This document shows positions 63,148-64,000 of a stretch of DNA of 64,000 nucleotides, piece by piece. The DNA is taken from the NCBI RefSeq assembly GCF_009914755.1, contig NC_060934.1. One strand, given 5' to 3'. Under the pieces are notes generated by a model. It was not told the origin of the DNA and did not search any database. It saw only the letters and a list, made by a program, of their open reading frames with translations. The translations under genes and the position numbers were made by a program. Position 1 is the stretch's first letter. Each line of letters opens with the position of its first letter. Source of the DNA: the human T2T-CHM13v2.0 reference genome, Homo sapiens.

Positions 63148-64000
63148 CTAAAAAAAACAAACAAAAAAATGTTCATTTATTACCCCCCCAAAAAAGTGTG
63201 TGCAGTTTTTAAAAAGGAAACCTTTTTCTCTTTTTTGCCAATTAAAAAAAAAAAAAGCACATACAATCACAATACCTCTGATTTTAAAGGCGTCTTTAAG
63301 AAGCCTGTGATGTTTGAGTAAGAATTATTTTAAAACAAAAAAAGGTTTATCATGCATCCCTGGCTACCAGGGAATCTATAAATCATGCACATTTCCTCAA
63401 TCTAAAGTTTAATGTTTTCAAAATACTGTCACCTAATTTGTTGTTTAACTTCAGTTTGATAATTTAGTTAGAATATCACTTCAAGTTTTATACTTTTCAC
63501 TTATATAACTCATGAAGAATCTTTCTTTATCCTCCAGGATATACTTTCTGCCTGGTACAACTAGAAAATTAGGTTAGGTACAAATTCTGCCATGTTTTGA
63601 ATGGATCAGAAAATTGTGAAATAATATTCAAGAAAACCTAATAAGTTATTAGTATCTACACAGGTTCTTATACTTGAGTTGAACTAAGTTCTTGGGCTAT
63701 AAGGGCAAAAAATGTTGGAAATTGGTTTTCTTATTTTCTGTGTGTGTTAAAATCTGTTTAGTTGATATCTTCCCTTTGATGAGCTCCTTTTCCTACTATG
63801 TTCGTAATTCACAAATCTGCAATCTATAGAAAAGATTTTTATTGATAATAGAATGCTCCCTAAATATTGACATAAAAATAACTGTCAACATGATCATTTC
63901 CATATAAACAGAAATGTGTTATACCAAAACTTGAAGAAAATCTAAAAAAGTCAATGCTGCCCTCAAATAATTTCATAGTTAATATTTCTCATGTTTAAAA

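Overview
Hominoid (most likely human) genomic DNA: Alu-dense and containing an SVA. The right end holds the last five coding exons and the ~1.3 kb 3'UTR of EPC1 (Enhancer of polycomb 1, NuA4/TIP60 complex) on the minus strand, which places the window at human 10p11.22 by recall. The remaining ~56 kb downstream of EPC1 is intergenic and dominated by repeats: roughly 60 Alus, old L1M/L1P pieces, L2, MER11, MER61-like, LTR8, MER41A, MER21, THE1 and MLT LTRs, Tigger/MER6 DNA transposons, one SVA and a processed RPS24 pseudogene. Nearly all ORFs in the supplied track are spurious Alu/L1/SVA translations. Main leads: (1) a candidate 117-nt poison (NMD) cassette exon in an EPC1 intron, with stops in all three frames and two upstream UGCAUG motifs; (2) at least five local rearrangement scars in which DNA was copied from 0.3-2.5 kb away (a 330-bp inverted duplication, multi-hop templated insertions, a micro-inversion and an 89-bp duplication flanking an Alu); (3) a compact G-quadruplex motif in the EPC1 3'UTR and a strong CTCF-like motif. 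Repeat family names come from remembered consensus sequences, not from a database search, and repeat boundaries are approximate.
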